From contig QCII01000007.1 in assembly GCA_003216775.1 (NCBI GenBank), positions 42,682 to 106,681 on the forward strand: DNA of 64,000 bases, in the 5' to 3' direction. Source of the DNA: Prochlorococcus sp. AG-402-K21. GTDB lineage: Bacteria > Cyanobacteriota > Cyanobacteriia > PCC-6307 > Cyanobiaceae. Positions 49,021 through 57,190 of the stretch are shown piece after piece; position 1 is the first letter of the stretch; each line of letters starts with the position of its first letter. Below the pieces are notes generated by a model. It searched no databases and was not told where the DNA came from. It saw only the letters and a program-made list of their open reading frames with translations. Made by a program: the position numbers and the translations under genes.

Positions 49021-49434
49021 TTATGCCCATGCTTGTTTTGATAAAGCTATGGCTGAAATTGTTAGTAAAGCAATAACTACAAATTTGTTACTCCATTTAA
49101 TCATGAATGAACTAATTTTGATAAAAGAAACTCTATTAGATGGCACAATCTTTTTCTGATTCAGAATATGATAATTTTGATTATTTTCTAAGTAATTTAA
49201 ACTTTTAATCTCATTTATTAATTTAGATTCGCAAGTTGAGAGTTGTTCTACTTGATTTAATAAATCAATATCTTCTGGTCTTAATAAAGAATTTAATTCT
49301 TTAATTTGTCTTTCGTTTTTCATAAGAAATTCATTAACTATCTCATCTGCTCCTAATCCCTTCTTTATATTTAAAAGAATATTATCTCTTTCCCAGGATT
49401 TTTCAAGAGAATTTAAAATTTTGCTTATGTTCAT
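49021..49434 (-). CDS. hypothetical coiled-coil protein with C-terminal TM anchor (137 aa)
   Basis: Helical N-terminal region, C-terminal FVVIALLTISAIAL. Ends 35 nt upstream of the exonuclease gene. Confidence 0.45.
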   Translation of the reverse strand: MNISKILNSLEKSWERDNILLNIKKGLGADEIVNEFLMKNERQIKELNSLLRPEDIDLLNQVEQLSTCESKLINEIKSLNYLENNQNYHILNQKKIVPSNRVSFIKISSFMIKWSNKFVVIALLTISAIALSKQAWA

Positions 49435-49518
49435 TTTAAGTATTTTTACTTATGATAAATTATTATTTTTTTCTTCTGTGGCTTATTCCTTTAAGTAATT
49501 AGAAAAAATTATTTTTTT

Positions 49519-49794
49519 TTAAGATTTGCGAATAAGTCTGTTTGCAAAATATTTTATCTTTACCTTTTCTAAAATTTTTTTTGAACTGCTTTTGGTTTTA
49601 ACTTTATTTAAATTAATCACTTCATCTGAAACATTTTTACCAGTTTCAAAGTAATTCTTAATTTTTTCTGACTCTTCTTTATTTAATCTTTTTGTGGCCC
49701 CTTTTGCGTTGATTCCAAGCTTCTTGCAGGCTATTAGTACTCTATTACTTTCAACATTAAGAACTTTAGCAATAGTAAAAATTGGAGTGTTCAT
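49519..49794 (-). CDS. small IF2_N-domain-like (helix-rich DNA/RNA-binding?) protein
   Basis: FTIAKVLNVESNRVLIACKKLGINAKGATKRLNKEESEKI matches the IF-2 N-terminal region pattern. Confidence 0.45.
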   Translation of the reverse strand: MNTPIFTIAKVLNVESNRVLIACKKLGINAKGATKRLNKEESEKIKNYFETGKNVSDEVINLNKVKTKSSSKKILEKVKIKYFANRLIRKS

Positions 49795-49898
49795 AGAAAT
49801 TATTTTTTATAGAAAGGCATTTAATATAAATAATATATTTATAAATTAGTAATTAACTTTATTTTTAACTATTATTAATTTCAATTTTTATTGTTAGT

Positions 49899-51215
49899 TT
49901 AAGCAACCTCATCTTCGAAATTGTTTAAGTCATTAAACTTTTTGTTCATGGTAGGGTTATTTCTTGTTAATTTCTTAACTGTTAAATCTTGAGATTTGCT
50001 GTCAGCAGATAAAAGATGTTTTTTTGAGAGAATTAAAGCTTCTTTAGTCTTCTGTAAATGGGTTATTGATTTATCAATTTCTGAAATTGCATCATTGAAT
50101 CTATCTTGGGCCTGTGAAACATTTTTACCAAATGCGCTCTTAAATTGCTCAAGAGTATTTTCAAAATTAGTTATGTCGTAATTCTCGCGTTTCATCAAAT
50201 CAATTTTTGACTTGTACTTTAATGTTTCCAAAGATGCATTTCTTAGTAGAGAAATAATTGGCAAAAAGAATTGTGGTCTTATGACATACATCTTTGGAAA
50301 TCTATGGGAAACATCTACTATGCCAGAATTATATAATTCACTTTCAGGTTCTAGAAGAGAAACGAGCACTGCATACTCACAAGATTTTTGATTTCTATCT
50401 TTATCTAATTCTTTTAAGAAATCTTCGTTTTTTCTTTTATTATTTCCATTTAAACTTTCGTTCTTCATCTCAAACATTATAGATACTATTTCGATATTAT
50501 TATCAAATTCTCTAAATATATAGTCACCCTTGCTCCCTGAAGAGACATCATTATCCTTTTCAAAATATGAGTTTTTAAATGCCGTAGCACGATTAAGATT
50601 AAATTGGGTTTCGCAATGGATTTCCAAGGTTTCGCCAACCATCTTGGTTGACAATTTAGATTTCATTTCTCTTAACTCCTGAATAGTAAGGTCCCTTTCA
50701 CTAATTTTGCTTTTAAACTTTTCCTCAATTAACTTTTCATTAATTGATTGTTCAATCTTCATCTTTTCAATGGAATTGGTTAATGATGAGTTTTCTTTCT
50801 CTAAACTAGTAACTGCTTCATTTACTTTATTTTTTATAGATAATTCTGAAATTAAAGCCTGGTTTTTAATCTCATCCTTTAGTTTGCTTAATTCATTATT
50901 TAGTGAATTTATTTTATTTGTTGCCTGAATTCTTAAATCGTTTAGGGCATTTGTTTTCTTTTCTTCTGCAATATTTAATTTAGTTTCAAGGGTTTGAATC
51001 TCATTTTCTTTAATACGTTTTTGCTCAATTAACTGTATTTTTAATTCTCTCTTTAAAATTTCTAGAGCTTTTTTATTATCCTCTTCAGCCAAAAGCATTC
51101 TTTCTTTAATTTGTTTGTTAAATTCCTCATCTTTAATTTGAAGAAGTATTTCTTCAAAGCTGCTTGGATCAATTCGGAATGTTTCGCCACATGAGGGACA
51201 TTTTATGTCTTTCAT
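49899..51215 (-). CDS. Zn-ribbon / long coiled-coil / PD-(D/E)xK-like protein (DUF2130- or RmuC-like architecture)
   Basis: N-terminal CPSCGETF, about 200 aa of heptad-like K/E-rich sequence, C-terminal GDYIF...IMFEMKNE (D...ExK). Confidence 0.55.
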   Translation of the reverse strand: MKDIKCPSCGETFRIDPSSFEEILLQIKDEEFNKQIKERMLLAEEDNKKALEILKRELKIQLIEQKRIKENEIQTLETKLNIAEEKKTNALNDLRIQATNKINSLNNELSKLKDEIKNQALISELSIKNKVNEAVTSLEKENSSLTNSIEKMKIEQSINEKLIEEKFKSKISERDLTIQELREMKSKLSTKMVGETLEIHCETQFNLNRATAFKNSYFEKDNDVSSGSKGDYIFREFDNNIEIVSIMFEMKNESLNGNNKRKNEDFLKELDKDRNQKSCEYAVLVSLLEPESELYNSGIVDVSHRFPKMYVIRPQFFLPIISLLRNASLETLKYKSKIDLMKRENYDITNFENTLEQFKSAFGKNVSQAQDRFNDAISEIDKSITHLQKTKEALILSKKHLLSADSKSQDLTVKKLTRNNPTMNKKFNDLNNFEDEVA

Positions 51216-51344
51216 TTTTTAATTACGAAATTAATATTTGATAGGAATTAATATTCGAAATATTTAAAAAGAATATTATTCTTGACTTAGAATAAACAAT
51301 GATCCAATGTTATGCATTAAAAACGAAATAAATACTTGAGGAAG

Positions 51345-51713
51345 TTATATTAATCCTGATTCTTTAAGTATATTTATTTTATTTGCTAATTCTATATCTG
51401 CAGAGGATATAGAGCGATCTAATGTTTTGTGAGAGGAAACTGTGTAACCACTATCATCAACAAATTCATCTTCTGCATCTTTTAGATGCAGATTCTCATT
51501 ACGAACATCTTTTTGGTTATTCGATTTGTATGAATTTGATTTAGCAATGGTGCTATATCCAAAATTTGCAATTCCTCTTGCATCTAAAGCTTCCTCAACT
51601 AATATTCCAACAACTTTTGATCTGCTTATAGATTCGCTTTTCGATATTTCATCAATAATTTCAAGAACTCTTTTTCTTGGAAGATATCCTATCCTTTTTA
51701 CTTTATTTTCCAT
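51345..51713 (-). CDS. ribbon-helix-helix (CopG/Arc-like) DNA-binding protein
   Basis: N-terminal KRIGYLPRKRVLEIIDEISKSESISRSKVVGILVEEAL fits a beta-strand/helix/helix pattern. The C-terminal half looks disordered. Confidence 0.45.
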   Translation of the reverse strand: MENKVKRIGYLPRKRVLEIIDEISKSESISRSKVVGILVEEALDARGIANFGYSTIAKSNSYKSNNQKDVRNENLHLKDAEDEFVDDSGYTVSSHKTLDRSISSADIELANKINILKESGLI

Positions 51714-51944
51714 GAAATTTAAGATATGTCATTATCGTAACACTTCTGTCAAATGTAAAAAGGTTTTAACTGGTAGTACTAAATGTAAATTTGAATAAGG
51801 AAAGAAAGTATAATTTAAAAGAACTCTCATAGAGATTCATAACTTGATTTAGTGATTAGAGAAGTTTATGTCCTTCTCTTGATAACTAACTATTTTAGTT
51901 TGAGTCAAAATTTTAAAACCTTTTTAATTTAAATTCTGTATCTT

Positions 51945-52148
51945 ATGGTAAATAGACTTTTTGACAATGCTGACAGCTTTGCAATCTCCTTTGACGAAGA
52001 ATGGAGCAATATTGATTGTGATGATTTACGATTAAAGATAAATAAAGTATTTCAACGTTTATCCGAACATCCTTTTTTAGTTTCAAATCCTGAAAATGCA
52101 AGGAAAATAGCAGAATTTAGAATATTTTCTTTAAAGAAATTTCAATAA
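51945..52148 (+). CDS. hypothetical protein (67 aa)
   Basis: ORF track only. Confidence 0.35.
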   Translation: MVNRLFDNADSFAISFDEEWSNIDCDDLRLKINKVFQRLSEHPFLVSNPENARKIAEFRIFSLKKFQ

Positions 52149-52180
52149 TTATTTAATTTTTAATCCTCGTTTCTAAAGAG

Positions 52181-52378
52181 TTACATATTTGGGGAATTGA
52201 AAAATCCCCTGCTATATAAAAATAATATTATGCCTATTATAGGGCCTATCCCAAAAACAAATAAAACTAACTTAGCAGAATTTTTTGTTTGACCTAGTTC
52301 TTTATTATTGTTTTTAACACTTGTTTTAATTTTTTTAGAATTTTTGTTTTTCATGAAAGATATACTACTACATGGCAA
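52181..52378 (-). CDS. hypothetical C-terminally anchored protein (65 aa)
   Basis: Basic N-terminus, TM LVLFVFGIGPIIGIILFLY. Confidence 0.35.
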   Translation of the reverse strand: MPCSSISFMKNKNSKKIKTSVKNNNKELGQTKNSAKLVLFVFGIGPIIGIILFLYSRGFFNSPNM

Positions 52379-52491
52379 CTTTAAAGAAATCTTAAAGTGT
52401 TAATAAATCTCTAATATTTTTTAATCTAATGAAACTTTTTAGGGGATCATAAAAACACAATAATGTATAATTAATCTAATAAAAAGCAAAT

Positions 52492-52698
52492 ATGAGTGCA
52501 ACTAAGAGAGAGGAAGTGAGTTCCCACCTTAGATACATAAGGTTGGAGCTTAGGGAGATGCATCAAATGCTTATCAAGGACGACTTGTTACCAGATTTAA
52601 ATGAAGCAAAGGAAGTACATGCCCAACTAGATGCTTTACTGGATTTACTATCAGATAAAAAGGTAAATAAGTTCAAAAGTCAATTTGGAAAATTCTAG
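52492..52698 (+). CDS. hypothetical helical protein (68 aa), HL..R..L..MH family
   Basis: Paralogous by eye to the 53934-54110 product. Confidence 0.45.
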   Translation: MSATKREEVSSHLRYIRLELREMHQMLIKDDLLPDLNEAKEVHAQLDALLDLLSDKKVNKFKSQFGKF

Positions 52699-52712
52699 TT
52701 TATTTGAATAAA

Positions 52713-52907
52713 TTATAAGTAGTTAGTAGCTGATTCTATTTTTTTACGATTATCGTGCATTTGTTCTAATTTATTATATATTTCTTTAATTTGAATTTGA
52801 ATTAGATCAGTAGAATTTATATTGCTTAAAGCATCCATTGCTGATAGAAGGCTCTCCTTAGCTTCTATCAAATGTCTACATTCTTTACTCCCTGCTTCGT
52901 AAGACAT
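52713..52907 (-). CDS. hypothetical helical protein (64 aa)
   Basis: ORF track only. Confidence 0.35.
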   Translation of the reverse strand: MSYEAGSKECRHLIEAKESLLSAMDALSNINSTDLIQIQIKEIYNKLEQMHDNRKKIESATNYL

Positions 52908-53048
52908 AGTTTAATTAAAATCACATTATCTATAATATTAAAATAAATGTTCCGTATTGCTTGATACTCTTATCGAATAAAAACTTATTATTGTCACTTT
53001 TAATACAGAATAAGAAATTATTCTTACTAATATTAAATTTAAAAACTA

Positions 53049-53231
53049 ATGCAAGAAAATACTAGGGATTATGAACTTTGCATTCAAATTGCTTTAGATA
53101 ATGCAAAAAAAAGAATCGATTTATTAGAAAATTCGAATAAAATTTGTGTTTTTGAAGAATATAGAGAGTGGATAAATGATGGCTTAAGTAAGCAAACAGT
53201 TTTACTACTTAGGGAAGACCCAATTATCTAA
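53049..53231 (+). CDS. hypothetical protein (60 aa)
   Basis: ORF track only. Confidence 0.3.
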   Translation: MQENTRDYELCIQIALDNAKKRIDLLENSNKICVFEEYREWINDGLSKQTVLLLREDPII

Positions 53232-53540
53232 AAATAATATATTAACTATCTTTAATTTTTAGCATTTGAAGTAACCCTATATAAAAAATAAAGGCTTATG
53301 ATAAATAATATTATTAGAAGATATGTTAGATAAGATAAACTATACATAATAAAGTTTTTGATTTTTCCTTACATCATAAAGTTTATTATATCTTATTAGA
53401 AATCAGTTCTCTTTATATAGAGAAAAAATAAATCTCCTAAGATTTTCCTTTTCTAAAAAGATATCTCTAGACTTATAATTTTTTAATTTCTTAAAAATTA
53501 AATCAACTAAAAATTCTGAATTTGGATTCATAATATAAAG

Positions 53541-53915
53541 TTATTTTTCCAATAAATAAATCTTTTCTTCTCCAATTTTATCAGGCTTAGTTATCTTGCA
53601 TCCTTTATCTTTTTCCATGTCACAACCTTTTGTGGCAGGGAAGGATTTCCAAGTACAAATTTTTTCCTGAGAATCTTCCTTTAAGATTACCCATCCATTA
53701 TCTAAGTATTCTGAAATCCCATCTTCTCCACATGAAAACTTTATTTCCATTCTTTTCTTTTCTGAATTAATACTCTCATTAATATTTTCTTCTGAATTTG
53801 TTATTGAGTCATCTTCATTAATAGAGGTTCTACAGGCAGTTAAAAAAATTAAGAATACAAATACTTGTAGAAAATAATTAATTTTTTTCATTTTTTTATT
53901 ATTAGGTAATACCAA
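53541..53915 (-). CDS. putative lipoprotein (124 aa)
   Basis: Signal peptide with lipobox FLTAC. Likely start at the internal MKKINYF. Confidence 0.5.
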   Translation of the reverse strand: MVLPNNKKMKKINYFLQVFVFLIFLTACRTSINEDDSITNSEENINESINSEKKRMEIKFSCGEDGISEYLDNGWVILKEDSQEKICTWKSFPATKGCDMEKDKGCKITKPDKIGEEKIYLLEK

Positions 53916-53933
53916 ATTTAAATGAATTATAGT

Positions 53934-54110
53934 TTATTTTGATTCTATTAATTTTAATAATTTATCCATTTTATTCATTAAATTTTTTACTTCATCTGGT
54001 TGAGGTAAAACTAATTCTTCAGTAACAGCTAAATGCATTTTTTTTAAATTTTGCCTTAAATCTTTTAAATGCATTTTAACGTTTTCTTTTTTCTGTCTTA
54101 TATCAGTCAT
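53934..54110 (-). CDS. hypothetical 58-aa helical protein, HL..R..L..MH family
   Basis: Hand-called (below the ORF-track cutoff): MTDIRQKKENVKMHLKDLRQNLKKMHLAVTEELVLPQPDEVKNLMNKMDKLLKLIESK. Confidence 0.4.
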   Translation of the reverse strand: MTDIRQKKENVKMHLKDLRQNLKKMHLAVTEELVLPQPDEVKNLMNKMDKLLKLIESK

Positions 54111-54188
54111 AGTGATAACTTTTAAAATTAATTAAACTTGGAGGAATTATTATAGTATTATTAGGATTTATATGAAGTAATAAATTTT

Positions 54189-54626
54189 TTAATTCTTTAA
54201 ATTTTCAATTTCATAAATCTCTTCTCCACCATAACAAAAATTTGTTGATAACATTTTTAGCTCCCTACTATTAATCGGTTTTATGTTTTTATTTTTTATG
54301 ATGTAATTTTTTGCACTCTCTTCACAATCTAACTTACTTTTTGCATGTCTAATAACTGGATAAAAATATGCCAAAGTAGAAATCACGAAAAAAAATATTA
54401 TTAATGTTTTTTGATCTTTTTTAATTAATTCTTTAGAATTTTTTTTGGCTTTTAATATTTTTATTAGTAATTTATCTGGTAATCCTATTTGAACAAATAA
54501 CAACTCTACCCACCATGGTAAATCTTTATCCTTTTTTTTCTTTGCGTTTTGCGGAGTATTCATTCTCTTAGTTTCATGATTTTGATTTATAACCTCATTG
54601 GGATTATTTGTTTCTCTTTTATTCAT
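54189..54626 (-). CDS. hypothetical membrane protein (145 aa)
   Basis: Two hydrophobic segments (WWVELLFVQIGL, LIIFFFVISTLAYFYPV). Confidence 0.4.
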   Translation of the reverse strand: MNKRETNNPNEVINQNHETKRMNTPQNAKKKKDKDLPWWVELLFVQIGLPDKLLIKILKAKKNSKELIKKDQKTLIIFFFVISTLAYFYPVIRHAKSKLDCEESAKNYIIKNKNIKPINSRELKMLSTNFCYGGEEIYEIENLKN

Positions 54627-54760
54627 ATCATGGAAAAACTTATTTGGAATGTAGAGGTTTTATTTTGATTTGAAAACTATATTTTTATTTTATAAGTTTT
54701 AATTTAATTTATCTATGAATTTTAGTATTGTAAATTTGTATTTATAATCAAAAATTTTAT

Positions 54761-55030
54761 ATGGCAAAAAAAAGAAGGAAGTTAAATAAAGATTTTGAGA
54801 AGAAAATATATTCATCAAAAAAAGATGTAGAATTAGTTTTGGCAAAAATCTATGATATTGATGACGAAGATATACAAAAAGAATATATGAGCGCATTTAA
54901 CGTAGTTGCATTCATATATGATGAATTAAAAGAAGATTATGAAAAAAAAGGATTCAATGAGAATTCGGAAGGACTTTTATTAAATTATAAAAATGCGTTT
55001 AATCTTTTTGAATCAGAATTTGAAATTTAA
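54761..55030 (+). CDS. hypothetical acidic protein (89 aa)
   Basis: ORF track only. Confidence 0.35.
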   Translation: MAKKRRKLNKDFEKKIYSSKKDVELVLAKIYDIDDEDIQKEYMSAFNVVAFIYDELKEDYEKKGFNENSEGLLLNYKNAFNLFESEFEI

Positions 55031-55037
55031 ACTTTTA

Positions 55038-55253
55038 TTACCTCTTATAAGGTATTACAGGTATTTCAATTAGTTTCCCTTTCTGTAGATTAAATTTTTT
55101 CTCTTGTAAATTTTTTATGCAAGTTAATTTTCTTTTCTCTTTTTTACATAACTTTTTAATTTGGTAATCAGAAAGTGAATATGATTTATCGCCAATTATA
55201 AAAAAGGCTAATAAAAAAATTTTTAATACTAATTTCATTGATTTCCCTTTCAC
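55038..55253 (-). CDS. hypothetical secreted basic protein (71 aa)
   Basis: Signal-peptide-like MKLVLKIFLLAFFIIG. Confidence 0.35.
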   Translation of the reverse strand: MKGKSMKLVLKIFLLAFFIIGDKSYSLSDYQIKKLCKKEKRKLTCIKNLQEKKFNLQKGKLIEIPVIPYKR

Positions 55254-55277
55254 AAAATCTAATTCTCATTGCTTCAT

Positions 55278-55553
55278 CTATCTATTATATGTATCTATTA
55301 TCTGTTTTAACTCTTCTTTACTTAAGTCTGTTGAAATAAAAACTTCTTGGGCTGTTTTACCCTTTCTTGCAATCGCTTTATATCCGTTTATAGTTTTCAC
55401 TGATAACCTTATTATTAATTTAGACGATCTCCCTTTTGCTCTTGATATTACAGCAGGCGTTATCGTCTTGATATTTATATTGAGGGCTATTTTTTGCAGT
55501 ATAGGAATTAGACCTTCAATATTTGTACTATGATTTAATACTAATCTTCCCAA
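55278..55553 (-). CDS. conserved hypothetical protein (91 aa)
   Basis: ORF track only. Globular and basic. Confidence 0.4.
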   Translation of the reverse strand: MGRLVLNHSTNIEGLIPILQKIALNINIKTITPAVISRAKGRSSKLIIRLSVKTINGYKAIARKGKTAQEVFISTDLSKEELKQIIDTYNR

Positions 55554-55669
55554 TTTTAATTTTTATTTATTCTATTTAAAAAACTTTGTTTCTGAGAAAT
55601 TAACTTTAGCTTAGAAATGATTAAAAATTATTGAAGTTCTGTTATATTTAAGATAATGACTTGATTCTA

Positions 55670-55771
55670 ATGATCTTTCAAATTGGATGGGCTGCATTAG
55701 CTGCAATTTTTACTTTTTCTATAGCAATGGTTGTTTGGGGCAGAAATGGTGATGGCTCGATTGATATATGA
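55670..55771 (+). CDS. petN: cytochrome b6f complex subunit VIII
   Basis: Hand-called 33-aa [36 protein letters not shown]. It matches the PetN signature (W..L...F.FS...VVWGRNG). Confidence 0.8.
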
Positions 55772-55911
55772 TTTCATTTTCAACTTATGAATTCTATCTA
55801 AGCAATTTTATTATTCTTACCTCATTCGTTTTACTTATATTTATAACGATCGCAGTAATTTATATATCCTTTGTCTCTTGGAAAGATAAAAAAAGACTAA
55901 AAAATAGGTAA
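55768..55911 (+). CDS. hypothetical 47-aa single-TM peptide overlapping the petN stop
   Basis: Hand-called, with an ATGA overlap. [25 protein letters not shown]. Confidence 0.3.
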
Positions 55912-55922
55912 TACAGATTTTG

Positions 55923-56567
55923 CTATTTTTTCTTGTCCTTTATTCTTAGTTCTTCAATTAATTCTTTTGCTTGTTGCATTTTTGAAATACTACTTTTGTA
56001 TATTCCAATATCTTTTTCTCCCTTATTTGTAGATAAATTCAAATTTTCGAAAATATTAGATACTAATTTATTAATTTCAGATTCATTTTTGCTTTTAAAA
56101 TCTTGAGAATTTGAAATTAATATATACACACCTAAGTTCAATATCCTTGAAGGATAAAGATTGGAATTGCTTTTTTCTTTTAATAACTTCAATAAATCTT
56201 CTAATGATTTATCATTAAATTCCTTAAGAGATTTTTGAGAGATTTCTTTTATTTTTTCCGCTTCAAAATTAGAAGAACTGCATAAGGATTCAAAAAGAAG
56301 ATCTAAATGATTTTCAGGTTTGTATCCTTTCATTAATTCTTTAAAAGTTTCAGTGAGACCAACGCAAAACAGATAATCCTGTTTAAATTCATTTTGATGA
56401 TTTAAAAGATTTAGCTCTACAAGCATTTCATCAACTATTCTTTTATATAAACCTGGAATGACGTAAGGGAATTGTTCATGGAATAACTTTTTGCTATCTG
56501 AAACAGTCAATTTTTCTTTCAATTTTTTATATGTAAACCTTAATAAGGTTAGCGTATGTTGCCTCAA
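55923..56567 (-). CDS. thf1: thylakoid formation protein Thf1/Psb29
   Basis: [35 protein letters not shown] matches the conserved Thf1 N-terminal block. The real start may be downstream of the first Met. Confidence 0.8.
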   Translation of the reverse strand: MRQHTLTLLRFTYKKLKEKLTVSDSKKLFHEQFPYVIPGLYKRIVDEMLVELNLLNHQNEFKQDYLFCVGLTETFKELMKGYKPENHLDLLFESLCSSSNFEAEKIKEISQKSLKEFNDKSLEDLLKLLKEKSNSNLYPSRILNLGVYILISNSQDFKSKNESEINKLVSNIFENLNLSTNKGEKDIGIYKSSISKMQQAKELIEELRIKDKKK

Positions 56568-56602
56568 TATCGTTAATATCTAATAAACAGATAAATATTA
56601 TT

Positions 56603-57190
56603 ATGATCCCATTAGTTTTAGAAGAATCAGGAGGCAGTGAGAGAGTCTTTGATATTTATTCGAGATTATTGAGGGAGAGAATAATCTTTTTAGGAGAACA
56701 AGTTACTAGTGAAACTGCAAATAGAATTGTTGCTCAATTATTATTTTTGGAAGCAGAGGATCCCGAAAAAGATATTTACATGTACATAAATTCTCCTGGG
56801 GGATCTGTATACGATGGTTTAGGTATCTTTGATACTATGCAACATGTCAAGCCAGATATTCATACAGTTTGTGTTGGCTTAGCAGCTAGTATGGGTGCAT
56901 TTTTGTTGGCAGCAGGTACTAAAGGTAAAAGAAGTAGTCTTAGACATTCAAGAATAATGATTCATCAACCTCTAGGAGGTGCCAGAGGGCAAGCAAGTGA
57001 CATAAGAATTCAAGCAGATGAAATTTTATTTTTAAAAGAACGCCTTAATAGTGAATTATCAGAAAGAACAGGTAAAGATTATGAAACTATTAAAGAGGAT
57101 ACTGATAGGGATTTTTATATGTCTCCCAAAGAAGCTGTGGAATATGGATTAATAGATCTAATATTAGATAAAAAGCCAGTAAAAGTTTAG
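56603..57190 (+). CDS. clpP: ATP-dependent Clp protease proteolytic subunit
   Basis: Catalytic Ser in GLAASMGAF, His in MIHQP, Asp in DTDRD. Confidence 0.92.
   Translation: MIPLVLEESGGSERVFDIYSRLLRERIIFLGEQVTSETANRIVAQLLFLEAEDPEKDIYMYINSPGGSVYDGLGIFDTMQHVKPDIHTVCVGLAASMGAFLLAAGTKGKRSSLRHSRIMIHQPLGGARGQASDIRIQADEILFLKERLNSELSERTGKDYETIKEDTDRDFYMSPKEAVEYGLIDLILDKKPVKV

Noticed and set aside
51226-51257. Direct repeat AATTAATATT-7 nt-AATTAATATT upstream of the DUF2130-like gene as an RHH operator
   Set aside because: It is pure A/T sequence in a roughly 85 percent AT intergenic region, so chance occurrence is likely. I kept it only as a place to test RHH binding.
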